Part shown: positions 8,738 to 17,180 of the stretch, in pieces
Layout of the letters: every line of letters starts with the position of its first letter
How positions within the stretch are numbered: the first letter of the stretch is position 1
NCBI GenBank assembly: GCA_035533875.1
Contig: DATLSZ010000020.1
Coordinates: 14,146-78,145 of the forward strand
Direction of reading: 5' to 3'
Length of the DNA: 64,000 nt
Source: Candidatus Acidiferrales bacterium
Lineage (GTDB): Bacteria > Patescibacteriota > Microgenomatia > Levybacterales > UBA12049
Program-made: the position numbers and the translations under genes
Notes under the pieces: generated by a model
What the model saw: only the letters and a program-made list of their open reading frames with translations
Databases searched by the model: none
What the model was told of the DNA's origin: nothing

Positions 8738-9715
8738 GTGAAAAAATTTCATTTTCTCTTTGCTTTTTTTCTAATTTTTATAGTAGTCACTTTTTCTACA
8801 TTATCTTTGGTGACAAAAACTGCTTATGCAAAGAGTTGTACGGCAAACGGGCATGAATGTACCGGTCAAACATATTGTAAAGATACAAAGAATGGAGGAG
8901 ATTGTTCTGCTTTTGTTGGTTTCGGAACTCCTCCAACTTGTGCCTGTGCACCAAAACAAACGACTGGCTCCTGCACGTCAGATAACCAATGTTCAACGAA
9001 CTATTGCACTAATAAAAACGGAGGAGGAGAATGCTCTAACAGCGGAGGCGCCTTGAATCCAACGTATAATTGTATCTGTGGACAAAAGCAAACAAAAGGA
9101 TCCTGTTCGACAGATGCGCAATGTTCAAACGGAACATATTGTGAAGACAATAAGGGTGGCGGATCATGTCCGCCATTTACCGGTTTTGGTACGCAACCCA
9201 GTTGCAGCTGTAAAGCAAAACAAACAAAAGGATCCTGTGCTGTAAACTCACAATGTGCTAACGGTTATTACTGTGGTGCGGCAGGTGGTGGAGAATGTCC
9301 ACCATTCACAGGCTTCAACAGTACTCAAACTATATGTGCATGTGTAAAAAACGGTACTAATTATAACTCTGCACCCACTCCGCTCCCTGGTCCCCCTTCT
9401 CCTCCGTGTCAAAATTGGAGTAATGGAGAGTGTTTGACCTTTACTTCTGCTTTTGGACCGATCGCAACCAATCCATCCGGATTTGTTAAAACAATTTTTG
9501 GTATTCTTCTTAGTATCTCCGGTGGCATTGCCCTGCTTCTTATTATTAAGGCAGGATACCAACTGATGACCTCTCAAGGCAAACCCGAGCAAATCCAGCA
9601 GGGTAGAGATCAACTGATTGCCGCTATCGTCGGGCTTATCTTCCTTATCTTCTCTTTTGTGTTCCTGCAATTAATCGGATTCGATATCCTGCATATTTAC
9701 GGATTTGGCGCATGA
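8738..9715 (+). CDS. Secreted cysteine-rich repeat protein fused to a C-terminal T4SS-pilin-like two-helix domain
   Basis: GTG start. Signal peptide ends ...TKTAYA/KSC. Four tandem ~44-aa, 6-Cys repeats (KQT[KT]GSC..[ND].QC....YC.....GG.C..F.GF......C.C). A Pro-rich linker PTPLPGPPSPPC precedes the pilin-like domain FGPIATNPSGFVKTIFGILLSISGGIALLLIIKAGYQLMTSQGKP... Confidence 0.8.
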   Translation: MKKFHFLFAFFLIFIVVTFSTLSLVTKTAYAKSCTANGHECTGQTYCKDTKNGGDCSAFVGFGTPPTCACAPKQTTGSCTSDNQCSTNYCTNKNGGGECSNSGGALNPTYNCICGQKQTKGSCSTDAQCSNGTYCEDNKGGGSCPPFTGFGTQPSCSCKAKQTKGSCAVNSQCANGYYCGAAGGGECPPFTGFNSTQTICACVKNGTNYNSAPTPLPGPPSPPCQNWSNGECLTFTSAFGPIATNPSGFVKTIFGILLSISGGIALLLIIKAGYQLMTSQGKPEQIQQGRDQLIAAIVGLIFLIFSFVFLQLIGFDILHIYGFGA

Positions 9716-9746
9716 GATCACGCAAACGACCACTTACACTGCTTAT
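9371..9746 (+). repeat. Copy 1 of a 376-bp direct duplication (3' end of the Cys-rich gene plus the first 35 nt of the downstream gene)
   Basis: Aligns colinearly with 10827..11202. The last 220 bp (9527..9746 vs 10983..11202) differ at only 2 positions by my count, while the first ~155 bp are clearly more diverged. Confidence 0.9.
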
Positions 9747-9792
9747 CGTTTCATTAAAAATAAAAACAGTTAAGCAGCTTTTATTATTTTAA
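9712..9792 (+). pseudogene. Truncated duplicate of the 5' end of the 11168..11551 gene
   Basis: ATGAGATCACGCAAACGACCACTTACACTGCTTAT is identical to the start of 11168..11551 (MRSRKRPLTLLI). It then diverges and stops after 26 codons. Confidence 0.6.
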
Positions 9793-9845
9793 TAAATAAG
9801 AAGTCATATATTGCATTTGCTCATTTTTTTTGCCATGCTAAATAT

Positions 9846-11171
9846 GTGAAAAAATATATAGTTTTTGCCGGCTCAACACTATTCTTCATTTTCTCATTTT
9901 TATCTCAGAACATACCTGTTTCATATGCCATCCCCGTACCTATCTGTAATCCTCCTCCAGGTACAACAAGAAATACGGCTGGCCTAGGGGAAAAATGTAA
10001 CTATCATAGTATTACTTGCAATTATCAAATAGAGTGTAGTGCAGGACTTACCTGTGATACTCATCTTTATCCAGATTCCCTCTGTGTCTCTACCAAAGCA
10101 AAAGCAGTAAATTGTTCATGCAATCACCCAGGTGCTGATGCGACAAAAACACCTGGTGTAAACAGATTTACCTGTAATGGTCAGCAATTCTATTGCAGTA
10201 CGTCAAACCTCTCTTGTTATGCCAGTAATAACAATATTGTTACCGCAAGCATTGTAGATAGTAAAGAACGTAGTAATTTTAATAATCAGTTTCCTCCACA
10301 ACAATATACCGTTAAAGGTGTTATCTGTAAACCATATCAACACAAAGCAATATGCTCATGTACAACGCCAAATAAAGCCGGAGGCGGGAACAATGAATTT
10401 AAGTGCAATGATACATCCGGAAAATCAATTGGTGTTGGATCTTGCGGAAGTGTTCATGACGCATGTTCGGATACTCCTGGTGTATCTATAGATGGCAACC
10501 TTATAAATCCTAATCCTAATCCTTCAGGCAATATCGGTACAGGATGGAACGTCACGGGTATCGCCTGCCATGGTCTCGTAGCGAAGTGTACCTGTACTCA
10601 TAACAACGGTTCCGGGAGCGGACAAAATGGATTTTCGTGTACAAATCCGGATACTAGTTCAAAATTAAAAACAGGAGGCGGCTATTGTAATGGGACGCAA
10701 TACGCATGTCAAAATGCTCCAGGCTTTTCTGTTGATACATCAACAACATCGAATTATTCAGGATTTTTAGCAGCTAATGGTGGCTATAGCATCGAAGGAA
10801 TTAAATGTACAGCATCGACACCTTCTGCACCCACACCGCTTCCTCCTCCACCGTCACCTCCGTGTCAAAATTGGAGTAACGGAGAGTGCACAACCTTTAC
10901 TTCTGCTTTTGGACCGATCGCAACCAATCCATCCGGATTTGTTAAATCAATTTTTGGTATTTTACTGAGTATTTCAGGAGGAATTGCCCTGCTTCTTATT
11001 ATTAAGGCAGGATACCAACTGATGACGTCTCAAGGCAAACCCGAGCAAATCCAGCAGGGTAGAGATCAACTGATTGCCGCTATCGTCGGGCTTATCTTCC
11101 TTATCTTCTCCTTTGTGTTCCTGCAATTAATCGGATTCGATATCCTGCATATTTACGGATTTGGCGCATGA
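9846..11171 (+). CDS. Secreted cysteine-rich protein fused to a C-terminal T4SS-pilin-like domain (paralog of 8738..9715)
   Basis: 441 aa with a GTG start and the signal peptide ...NIPVSYA/IP. The different Cys-rich ectodomain carries repeated C.C(T/N).P/H.N..G..N.F.C motifs. The same PPPSPPCQNWSNGEC linker is followed by a near-identical pilin-like C-terminus. Confidence 0.8.
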   Translation: MKKYIVFAGSTLFFIFSFLSQNIPVSYAIPVPICNPPPGTTRNTAGLGEKCNYHSITCNYQIECSAGLTCDTHLYPDSLCVSTKAKAVNCSCNHPGADATKTPGVNRFTCNGQQFYCSTSNLSCYASNNNIVTASIVDSKERSNFNNQFPPQQYTVKGVICKPYQHKAICSCTTPNKAGGGNNEFKCNDTSGKSIGVGSCGSVHDACSDTPGVSIDGNLINPNPNPSGNIGTGWNVTGIACHGLVAKCTCTHNNGSGSGQNGFSCTNPDTSSKLKTGGGYCNGTQYACQNAPGFSVDTSTTSNYSGFLAANGGYSIEGIKCTASTPSAPTPLPPPPSPPCQNWSNGECTTFTSAFGPIATNPSGFVKSIFGILLSISGGIALLLIIKAGYQLMTSQGKPEQIQQGRDQLIAAIVGLIFLIFSFVFLQLIGFDILHIYGFGA

Positions 11172-11202
11172 GATCACGCAAACGACCACTTACACTGCTT
11201 AT
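10827..11202 (+). repeat. Copy 2 of the 376-bp direct duplication
   Basis: See 9371..9746. Confidence 0.9.
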
Positions 11203-11551
11203 TGCTGGAATTCTTAGTCTCTGTGCTCTTGCGGGTTTTATTTATTTTTTATCTCCCGAAACACCAATATCCTTCTCCGGAATGATAACCGGTCTGCCTT
11301 TTTCTCTTGATAAATATATCCGGATACCTCCGGTCAGCATCTTTTTTCTCCTGCTTGCTCTTTTTCTGTTTTCAATAGGGTCGTATATTTTCAAAAGTAT
11401 AAAGCACGGTATATTGATTGCTGGATTTGTCATTATCTATCTCACTTTCAGGCTAAATCATCTGACCAACCCGTTCTTTCTTGTCCTCCTCCTTGCGCTG
11501 TTTTTTGTGCTGGAACTGTTGGTTTCCAGCAGAGGTAATTCCAAACAATAA
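11168..11551 (+). CDS. Hypothetical small membrane protein (3-4 TM)
   Basis: 127 aa, hydrophobic throughout. Its start overlaps the upstream stop (GCATGA). Confidence 0.6.
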   Translation: MRSRKRPLTLLIAGILSLCALAGFIYFLSPETPISFSGMITGLPFSLDKYIRIPPVSIFFLLLALFLFSIGSYIFKSIKHGILIAGFVIIYLTFRLNHLTNPFFLVLLLALFFVLELLVSSRGNSKQ

Positions 11552-11589
11552 CTGCATGCTTCCTTCATCTCGCGACATGAGGCCTTTTG

Positions 11590-11598
11590 TGCTACAAT
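11590..11598 (+). promoter_or_regulatory. Extended -10 box TGCTACAAT upstream of metG
   Basis: TGCTACAAT lies 12 nt before the ATG at 11611, with no Shine-Dalgarno sequence between them. It sits inside the TTG-initiated N-terminal extension proposed by the ORF track. Confidence 0.5.
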
Positions 11599-11610
11599 TT
11601 ACGGACACCT

Positions 11611-13101
11611 ATGGCAAAATTTTATATCACAGCGGCAATTCCTTATGTCAATGCCAAACCTCATATCGGTCATGCACTCGAGTTCGTACAAACTGACGTA
11701 ATCGCCAGATACCACAAGCTGAAAGGATTTGAAACCCGTATGCTCTCAGGCGGCGATGAAAATGCGTTGAAAAATGTCCAGGCAGCCGAAAAAGAAAAAA
11801 TGCTCGTTCAAGAATTTGTGGATAAAAATACCAAACTCTTTGAAAATCTCGCTCATCAACTTAATGTACAATTTGATGTCTTTCAAAAAGGCAGCGACCA
11901 ATCACATCATTATCCGGCTTCTCAAAAATTGTGGGAGTTATGTCAAAAAAACGGTGACATTTATAAAAAGAAATACAAAGGACTTTACTGTGTCGGCTGT
12001 GAATTATTTTATACCCGTGATGAACTGGATGAAAACGGTGAATGTTATGAGCACCCTGGCAAGCCCTTGGAAGAAGTAGAGGAAGAAAATTATTTTTTTA
12101 AGCTTTCAGACTATACCGATAAAGTGCTCAAACTTATTGAATCAAATCAACTTGAAATCGTTCCTGATTTCCGACGGAACGAAGTCTTGGCGTTTGTTAA
12201 AAAAGGACTTGAAGATATCAGCATCTCACGATCAAATGAACGGGCAAAAAATTGGGGAGTGCCAGTGCCGGGAGATGACACGCAGCGGATGTATGTCTGG
12301 TTTGACGCACTCAATATTTATCAAAGTGGTATCGGATTTGGTTGGGATGAGGAATCCTACAAAAAGTGGTGGCCGGCAGATGTACACGTCATAGGAAAAG
12401 GTATTATCAGATTCCATGCTGTGTATTGGCCTGCATTTCTTATGTCCGCGGGACTTGAATTACCAAAAAAATTGTTCGTCCATGAGTACTTCACAGTTGA
12501 TGGCAAAAAAATGTCCAAAACGCTTGGCAATGTCATTGACCCAGTTGAGTTAATTAAAAAATACGGAACCGACGCTTTACGATTCTATTTCCTTAAATAT
12601 TTTTCTCCTTTCTCTGATGGTGACTTTTCAGAAGAGAAATTTAAAACTGCATATAATGCAGACCTCGCGAATGGACTGGGGAATCTTGTTGCGAGAGTGG
12701 CTAAACTATGTGAGAAGGAAGATTTTGAATTTACAATTTTTGATTACAAAAATACGAAGCCCCCAAAAGTTGAAAATAGTCTCATCTTACAAGCAATAGA
12801 AAAAGGAGAATTTAATGAAGCATTACAGATAATATGGCAATCAGATATTAAATGGGGTCATTTGTGGCTTAATGAAGACCAATCAAGAAGTATTAGAACT
12901 ACAGATCAAACAATTAATGAACAACAGCCATGGACTCTTGATAAGATCGACTTGCAAAACAAACTACACTTATATGTAGATAATATACGTGCCATCGCAT
13001 ATTTTTTGCAACCGTTTATGCCCGAGACTGCTGAAAAAATTCTTGAACAATTCAAAGGGCCGAAAATTAAGAGCTCAGCACCACTATTCCCGAGATTATG
13101 A
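11611..13101 (+). CDS. metG: Methionyl-tRNA synthetase
   Basis: FYITAAIPYVNAKPHIGHALE (HIGH-type), the KMSKTLGN (KMSKS) motif and a CxxC knuckle (YCVGCELFY). I prefer the ATG at 11611 over the TTG at 11587. Confidence 0.92.
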   Translation: MAKFYITAAIPYVNAKPHIGHALEFVQTDVIARYHKLKGFETRMLSGGDENALKNVQAAEKEKMLVQEFVDKNTKLFENLAHQLNVQFDVFQKGSDQSHHYPASQKLWELCQKNGDIYKKKYKGLYCVGCELFYTRDELDENGECYEHPGKPLEEVEEENYFFKLSDYTDKVLKLIESNQLEIVPDFRRNEVLAFVKKGLEDISISRSNERAKNWGVPVPGDDTQRMYVWFDALNIYQSGIGFGWDEESYKKWWPADVHVIGKGIIRFHAVYWPAFLMSAGLELPKKLFVHEYFTVDGKKMSKTLGNVIDPVELIKKYGTDALRFYFLKYFSPFSDGDFSEEKFKTAYNADLANGLGNLVARVAKLCEKEDFEFTIFDYKNTKPPKVENSLILQAIEKGEFNEALQIIWQSDIKWGHLWLNEDQSRSIRTTDQTINEQQPWTLDKIDLQNKLHLYVDNIRAIAYFLQPFMPETAEKILEQFKGPKIKSSAPLFPRL

Positions 13102-14027
13102 TCGATGTCCATTGCCATCTCCAGTTCAAAGCGTTTGAAGACGACTACGACGCAGTTATCAATGATGCCTTCAAAGAAGGGCTCACAATGATCATCAATA
13201 CCGGTACACAGCTTTCATCCAGTCGCAAAGCAGTAGAGTTCGCTGAGAAATATGACAAATTGTATGCAATCGTCGGTGTCCACCCCCACCATGCTGATAA
13301 AATCGAAAGCGATCCCGAGGTAGTCGAAGCTATTGAAGGGAGCTCTCCCGTCATTGCGAGCGAACGAAGAGAGCGCGGCAATCTCAAAAAGCAGGGGATT
13401 GCTTCGTCGCAAACTCCTCGCAATGACGAAAAAAATTATTGGCTATGGGAACTCGAAAAACTAACCCATCACCCCAAAGTACTTGCAATCGGTGAAATCG
13501 GCATGGATTATTATTCCTACAGATCAAACGGGATTGTCGATCCCAAGCAGCAGGAGAAAATATTCATACAGCAAATCGAACTTGCTCATGAAGTTAAACT
13601 TCCGCTGCAGATCCACAACCGGCACGCGGGAGAAGATGTTATAAAAATTCTCAAACTACACAAAAATCTCTTATTAAATAACCCCGGTATGTTTCATTGC
13701 TTTGCAGGCTCCAAACAAGTATTAAAAGACGCACTCAGCTTGGGTTTCTCCATCGGATTTGATGGCAACAGCACATATAAAGGATTGGCGCCGGGTGAAA
13801 CCGTAACACTTCCGGAACTTGCCAGTCTCACCCCGCTTGATCGGATTGTCATTGAGACTGACGCACCGTTCCTCACTCCGGTACCGCACCGAGGCAAACG
13901 TAATGAACCCAAATATGCTATACTCACTGCACGCTTCATAGCACACCTCAAGCAAATCTCATATGAAAAACTTGTGGAACACACAGACAAAAACGTCTAT
14001 ACTATGTTTGGAAGAATAAATAGTTAA
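13098..14027 (+). CDS. tatD: TatD-family metal-dependent hydrolase carrying an internal palindromic-element insertion
   Basis: MIDVHCHLQF..., GEIGMDY and ETDAPFLTP motifs. Its 309 aa is longer than I recall for the family, and the extra segment is EGSSPVIASERRERGNLKKQGIASSQTPRNDE. Confidence 0.88.
   Translation: MIDVHCHLQFKAFEDDYDAVINDAFKEGLTMIINTGTQLSSSRKAVEFAEKYDKLYAIVGVHPHHADKIESDPEVVEAIEGSSPVIASERRERGNLKKQGIASSQTPRNDEKNYWLWELEKLTHHPKVLAIGEIGMDYYSYRSNGIVDPKQQEKIFIQQIELAHEVKLPLQIHNRHAGEDVIKILKLHKNLLLNNPGMFHCFAGSKQVLKDALSLGFSIGFDGNSTYKGLAPGETVTLPELASLTPLDRIVIETDAPFLTPVPHRGKRNEPKYAILTARFIAHLKQISYEKLVEHTDKNVYTMFGRINS
13350..13427. mobile_element. 78-bp palindromic repeat element inserted in-frame in tatD
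   Basis: Terminal inverted repeats GTCATTGCGAG (13350..13360) and CTCGCAATGAC (13417..13427). Inner inverted repeats are CGAACGAAG/CTTCGTCG and GCAATC/GATTGC. The 78 bp equals 26 codons. A second copy lies at 45388..45451. Confidence 0.75.
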
Positions 14028-14046
14028 CACGCAAACAATATTTGGC

Positions 14047-15540
14047 ATGACATCATTTTTCGATACCATTTTTACCCGTTATCCGATTAAGACGAGGAGA
14101 TTGTTGGAGTTTTTTCCCGGCTTTGTCGCTTGGATGTTAATTCTTTCTCCGTTATGGGGATCACTGTTAATTCCGACACAGCTTGCATACTTCATTCTCT
14201 TTTTTGATGTCTACTGGCTGTTTAAATCATTCTCTTTGGTGATTACGGCAACGATCGCTTCCAGGAAAATCCAACTCGCGGAACGAGACAATTGGTATGC
14301 AAAAGCCAAACGGCTTGAGCATGTCAGCGATATGAATCACGTCTTAATCATACTCAATTATAAAGAATCTGTTGAGAAGCTCAGAAAAACACTCGATGCG
14401 CTTTCCCGACAAACGTTCCCTGCCAAACAACTCCATATTGTGCTCGCCATGGAAGAACGTGAAACAGAAGCAAAACATCGCGGAGATACATTGATAAAAG
14501 AATATAAACATATATTTGGAAATATCTTTGCGACATATCATCCTGATGTTCTTGGAGAAGTCAAAGGAAAATCGTCAAATGAAGCATATGCTGGACGTGT
14601 GGCTTACCAAAAATTATTTGAGGAAGGCAAACTTAACATTGATTATGCGACCGTCTCGTCTGTCGATGCTGATTCTATTTTTGACATACAGTACTTCGCA
14701 TACCTCACCGTTAAATTCTTAACAGACTCCAAACCCTACAACAAATTCTGGCAATCCGCAATCGTCTTTCATAACAATATCTGGGAAGTACCAGCACCGA
14801 CACGTATCACATCATTCTTTGGCAATCTCTACAGAATGGCACTGCTCACGCAAGGTGACAGGCTTCTTACTCATGCGACGTATTCGTTATCGATGAGACT
14901 TATTAAAGAAGTTGATTTCTGGGATGTTGATGTTATTCCTGAAGATTACCGGATATTCTTCAAAGCGTTTTATAAAAAGAAAGGCAATATCTGGGTTGAG
15001 CCCATTTATCTCAAGACATCAATGGATGCTGCTCTTTCAAACGACTACATTAGCAGTCTCAAAAATAAATATCATCAGGAACGCAGATGGTCTTGGGGAG
15101 TCTCCGATAATCCTCTCTTTATTAAATGGTGGCTGACTGTCCCCGATGTACCATTCTACAGAAAAACAGTTCTGATGTTCAATGTGCTTCTTGATCATAT
15201 TCTCTGGCCGTCGTACTGGTTTATCGTTACCATTGCCGCCAACGTTATGGCAATTATCAATCCCGTCTATTCTCGAACAGCCCTTGGATTCAGTCTGCCG
15301 CAGCTTGCTGGATCTATCTTGAGTATTGCACTGGTTGCTCTTTTAGCAATGTTATTTATTGATTATAAAAACCGTCCCTCAAACAAACACCTGCCATTCT
15401 ACCGAAAAATTCTCTTCCCTTTTGAGTTCCTGCTCATGCCATTTGTTGGATTCTTTCTTTCTGCGCTTCCTGCGCTTATCTCACATACACAACTCATGTT
15501 CGGCAAACGGTTGGAATATAAAGTAACAGACAAAGCATAA
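14047..15540 (+). CDS. Membrane-embedded family 2 glycosyltransferase with a processive synthase-like architecture
   Basis: 497 aa. N-terminal TMs are followed by a GT-A domain (VLIILNYKES..., SVDADS as the DxD motif, and QERRWSWG resembling QxxRW) and then several C-terminal TMs. Confidence 0.75.
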   Translation: MTSFFDTIFTRYPIKTRRLLEFFPGFVAWMLILSPLWGSLLIPTQLAYFILFFDVYWLFKSFSLVITATIASRKIQLAERDNWYAKAKRLEHVSDMNHVLIILNYKESVEKLRKTLDALSRQTFPAKQLHIVLAMEERETEAKHRGDTLIKEYKHIFGNIFATYHPDVLGEVKGKSSNEAYAGRVAYQKLFEEGKLNIDYATVSSVDADSIFDIQYFAYLTVKFLTDSKPYNKFWQSAIVFHNNIWEVPAPTRITSFFGNLYRMALLTQGDRLLTHATYSLSMRLIKEVDFWDVDVIPEDYRIFFKAFYKKKGNIWVEPIYLKTSMDAALSNDYISSLKNKYHQERRWSWGVSDNPLFIKWWLTVPDVPFYRKTVLMFNVLLDHILWPSYWFIVTIAANVMAIINPVYSRTALGFSLPQLAGSILSIALVALLAMLFIDYKNRPSNKHLPFYRKILFPFEFLLMPFVGFFLSALPALISHTQLMFGKRLEYKVTDKA

Positions 15541-15551
15541 ATTCGGAACAC

Positions 15552-15622
15552 TCAGAAAACTCGGAGAATCAGAATATCTGACAGTCCGATTTTCAAAAAA
15601 TCTGATAATCCGAGTTTTCTGA
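15552..15622 (+). promoter_or_regulatory. Long composite hairpin in the GT2 / GT-C spacer that ends 5 nt before the next start codon
   Basis: A perfect 13-bp inverted repeat, CAGAAAACTCGGA (15553..15565) and TCCGAGTTTTCTG (15609..15621), is extended by ATCAGA (15568..15573) / TCTGAT (15601..15606). Small inner hairpins are TCAGA-ATA-TCTGA and GATTTT-CAA-AAAATC. Confidence 0.6.
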
Positions 15623-15626
15623 AAAT

Positions 15627-17180
15627 ATGAGATTTCTGGCCTGTATAGAAAAAAAGAAATTTACTTGGGTACTTATTGTGCTCTGTGTAGCATTTTTCTT
15701 TTTACGTCTTCCATCACTCATTGAACCTTACTGGTATGGTGATGAAGGGGTGTATGAAGTTATCGGTCAAGCAATGGATCAAGGTCGGCTGCTTTATCAG
15801 GATATTTGGGATAACAAACCACCACTACTGTATACTATTTATGCCATAGCGCAAGGTGACCAGCAGGTCGTCGAAACAATATCTGCTTTCTTTGGAATTC
15901 TTGCTATCATCGGTATCTTCATACTCACACAAAACCTTTTTAATAAAACACGAATCAGTATACTATCATCTCTGGTCTTTGTCCTGCTCTTGGGTACTCC
16001 GCTTCTGGAAGGAAATATTGCCAATGCCGAAGTATTCATGCTTCCCTTCACTATCTTCGCCGGCTTACTCATCTATCAACACACAACTCAAACACAAAAT
16101 AATTCAAAACAATCTTCAATCTTTAATCTTCAATCTTTAATCTTTATTGCCGGCCTTCTCCTAGGCATCGCGTTCCTTTTTAAAATTGTTGCAATTTTTG
16201 ATTTCGCTGCGTTCTTCCTGTTTCTTCTCATTAACAGACTACCTGAAAAACTGTCTTGGAAATCATTTAAAAAGGCATTTGCCAAAAAACATTTGCCTAA
16301 TGCCCTATCTGTATGGAAGCAACCGCAAACACGGATATATCAATATATCATTGTCGGTTTTTTTCTTCCATTCATTTTGACAGTCATTTATTTCTTCTTA
16401 AATCATTCTTTAGTAGATTTTCTCCAGGCTGTATTCTTGGGAAACGTCGATTATGTTGCATGGGGTAATAGCCTCTTTGGACTTTCAAATGGATTGCTGT
16501 TACTCAAAATTGTAATCCTTGTCATTGGTCTCTCTGTAATTATTTGGAAAAGAAAACAGTTTTCCAAACCCGCACTCTTTATCTGGTTATGGATTCTCTT
16601 TTCAATATTTAGCGCGTTCTTTTCGGAACGTCCCTATACCCATTATGTTATTGTTCTCTTGCCGAGCTTTTGTTTATTGTTCGGTTTGATATTTACCGAA
16701 AAAAATATAAGAAGCCGTCTCATTGCGGCCGTAGGCATAATTGCTATTTTAGTGATTACTTCATTTCAATTTCAGTTCAATGTTCCCAAATCAATAGCGT
16801 ATTATCATAATGCGATTCAATTTGTGAAAGGATCTGAAAGCGTAGAAACATATCAATCCTTTTTTGACACCAAAACTCCTCGCGACTATATGGTCGCTAC
16901 ATTTATCAATGACCACACCTCACCTTCCGAAAATGTCTTTATTTGGGGAGACAGCCCCCAGATCTACGCACTTTCACATAAATTACCTCCAGGAAAATAT
17001 ACGGTTGCCTACCACATATCGCAAAATAATGCTGTTAACCAAACACAAATAGCTATCAATCGAGCAAAACCAAAATATATAATTGCATTGTCGGAAGCTC
17101 AACCCTTGCCGTTTGATCTTCCGCTCTATATAATGCGATACAATATATCCGGAGCGACAATTTATGAAAGGAGTTTCTGA
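15627..17180 (+). CDS. GT-C fold glycosyltransferase (ArnT/PMT, family 39/83-like)
   Basis: 517 aa, polytopic. The first-loop motif is PYWYGDEGVYEVIGQAM..GRLLYQDIWDNKPPLLY. Confidence 0.7.
   Translation: MRFLACIEKKKFTWVLIVLCVAFFFLRLPSLIEPYWYGDEGVYEVIGQAMDQGRLLYQDIWDNKPPLLYTIYAIAQGDQQVVETISAFFGILAIIGIFILTQNLFNKTRISILSSLVFVLLLGTPLLEGNIANAEVFMLPFTIFAGLLIYQHTTQTQNNSKQSSIFNLQSLIFIAGLLLGIAFLFKIVAIFDFAAFFLFLLINRLPEKLSWKSFKKAFAKKHLPNALSVWKQPQTRIYQYIIVGFFLPFILTVIYFFLNHSLVDFLQAVFLGNVDYVAWGNSLFGLSNGLLLLKIVILVIGLSVIIWKRKQFSKPALFIWLWILFSIFSAFFSERPYTHYVIVLLPSFCLLFGLIFTEKNIRSRLIAAVGIIAILVITSFQFQFNVPKSIAYYHNAIQFVKGSESVETYQSFFDTKTPRDYMVATFINDHTSPSENVFIWGDSPQIYALSHKLPPGKYTVAYHISQNNAVNQTQIAINRAKPKYIIALSEAQPLPFDLPLYIMRYNISGATIYERSF
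16114..16148. repeat. Tandem heptamer array inside the GT-C coding sequence
   Basis: CTTCAAT CTTTAAT CTTCAAT CTTTAAT CTTTATT belongs to the same family as the intergenic arrays at 6938 and 55373. It is translated as SSIFNLQSLIFI. Confidence 0.8.

Noticed and set aside
8826-9670. Alternative-frame ORFs inside the Cys-rich gene (8826..9056 +, 9248..9670 -).
   Set aside because: The main frame has a signal peptide, regular 6-Cys repeats and the conserved pilin-like domain. The alternatives show no such structure.
11587-11610. A TTG start for metG (MCYNLRTP extension).
   Set aside because: The extension contains the extended -10 box, and the conserved MetRS N-terminus begins right after the ATG at 11611.
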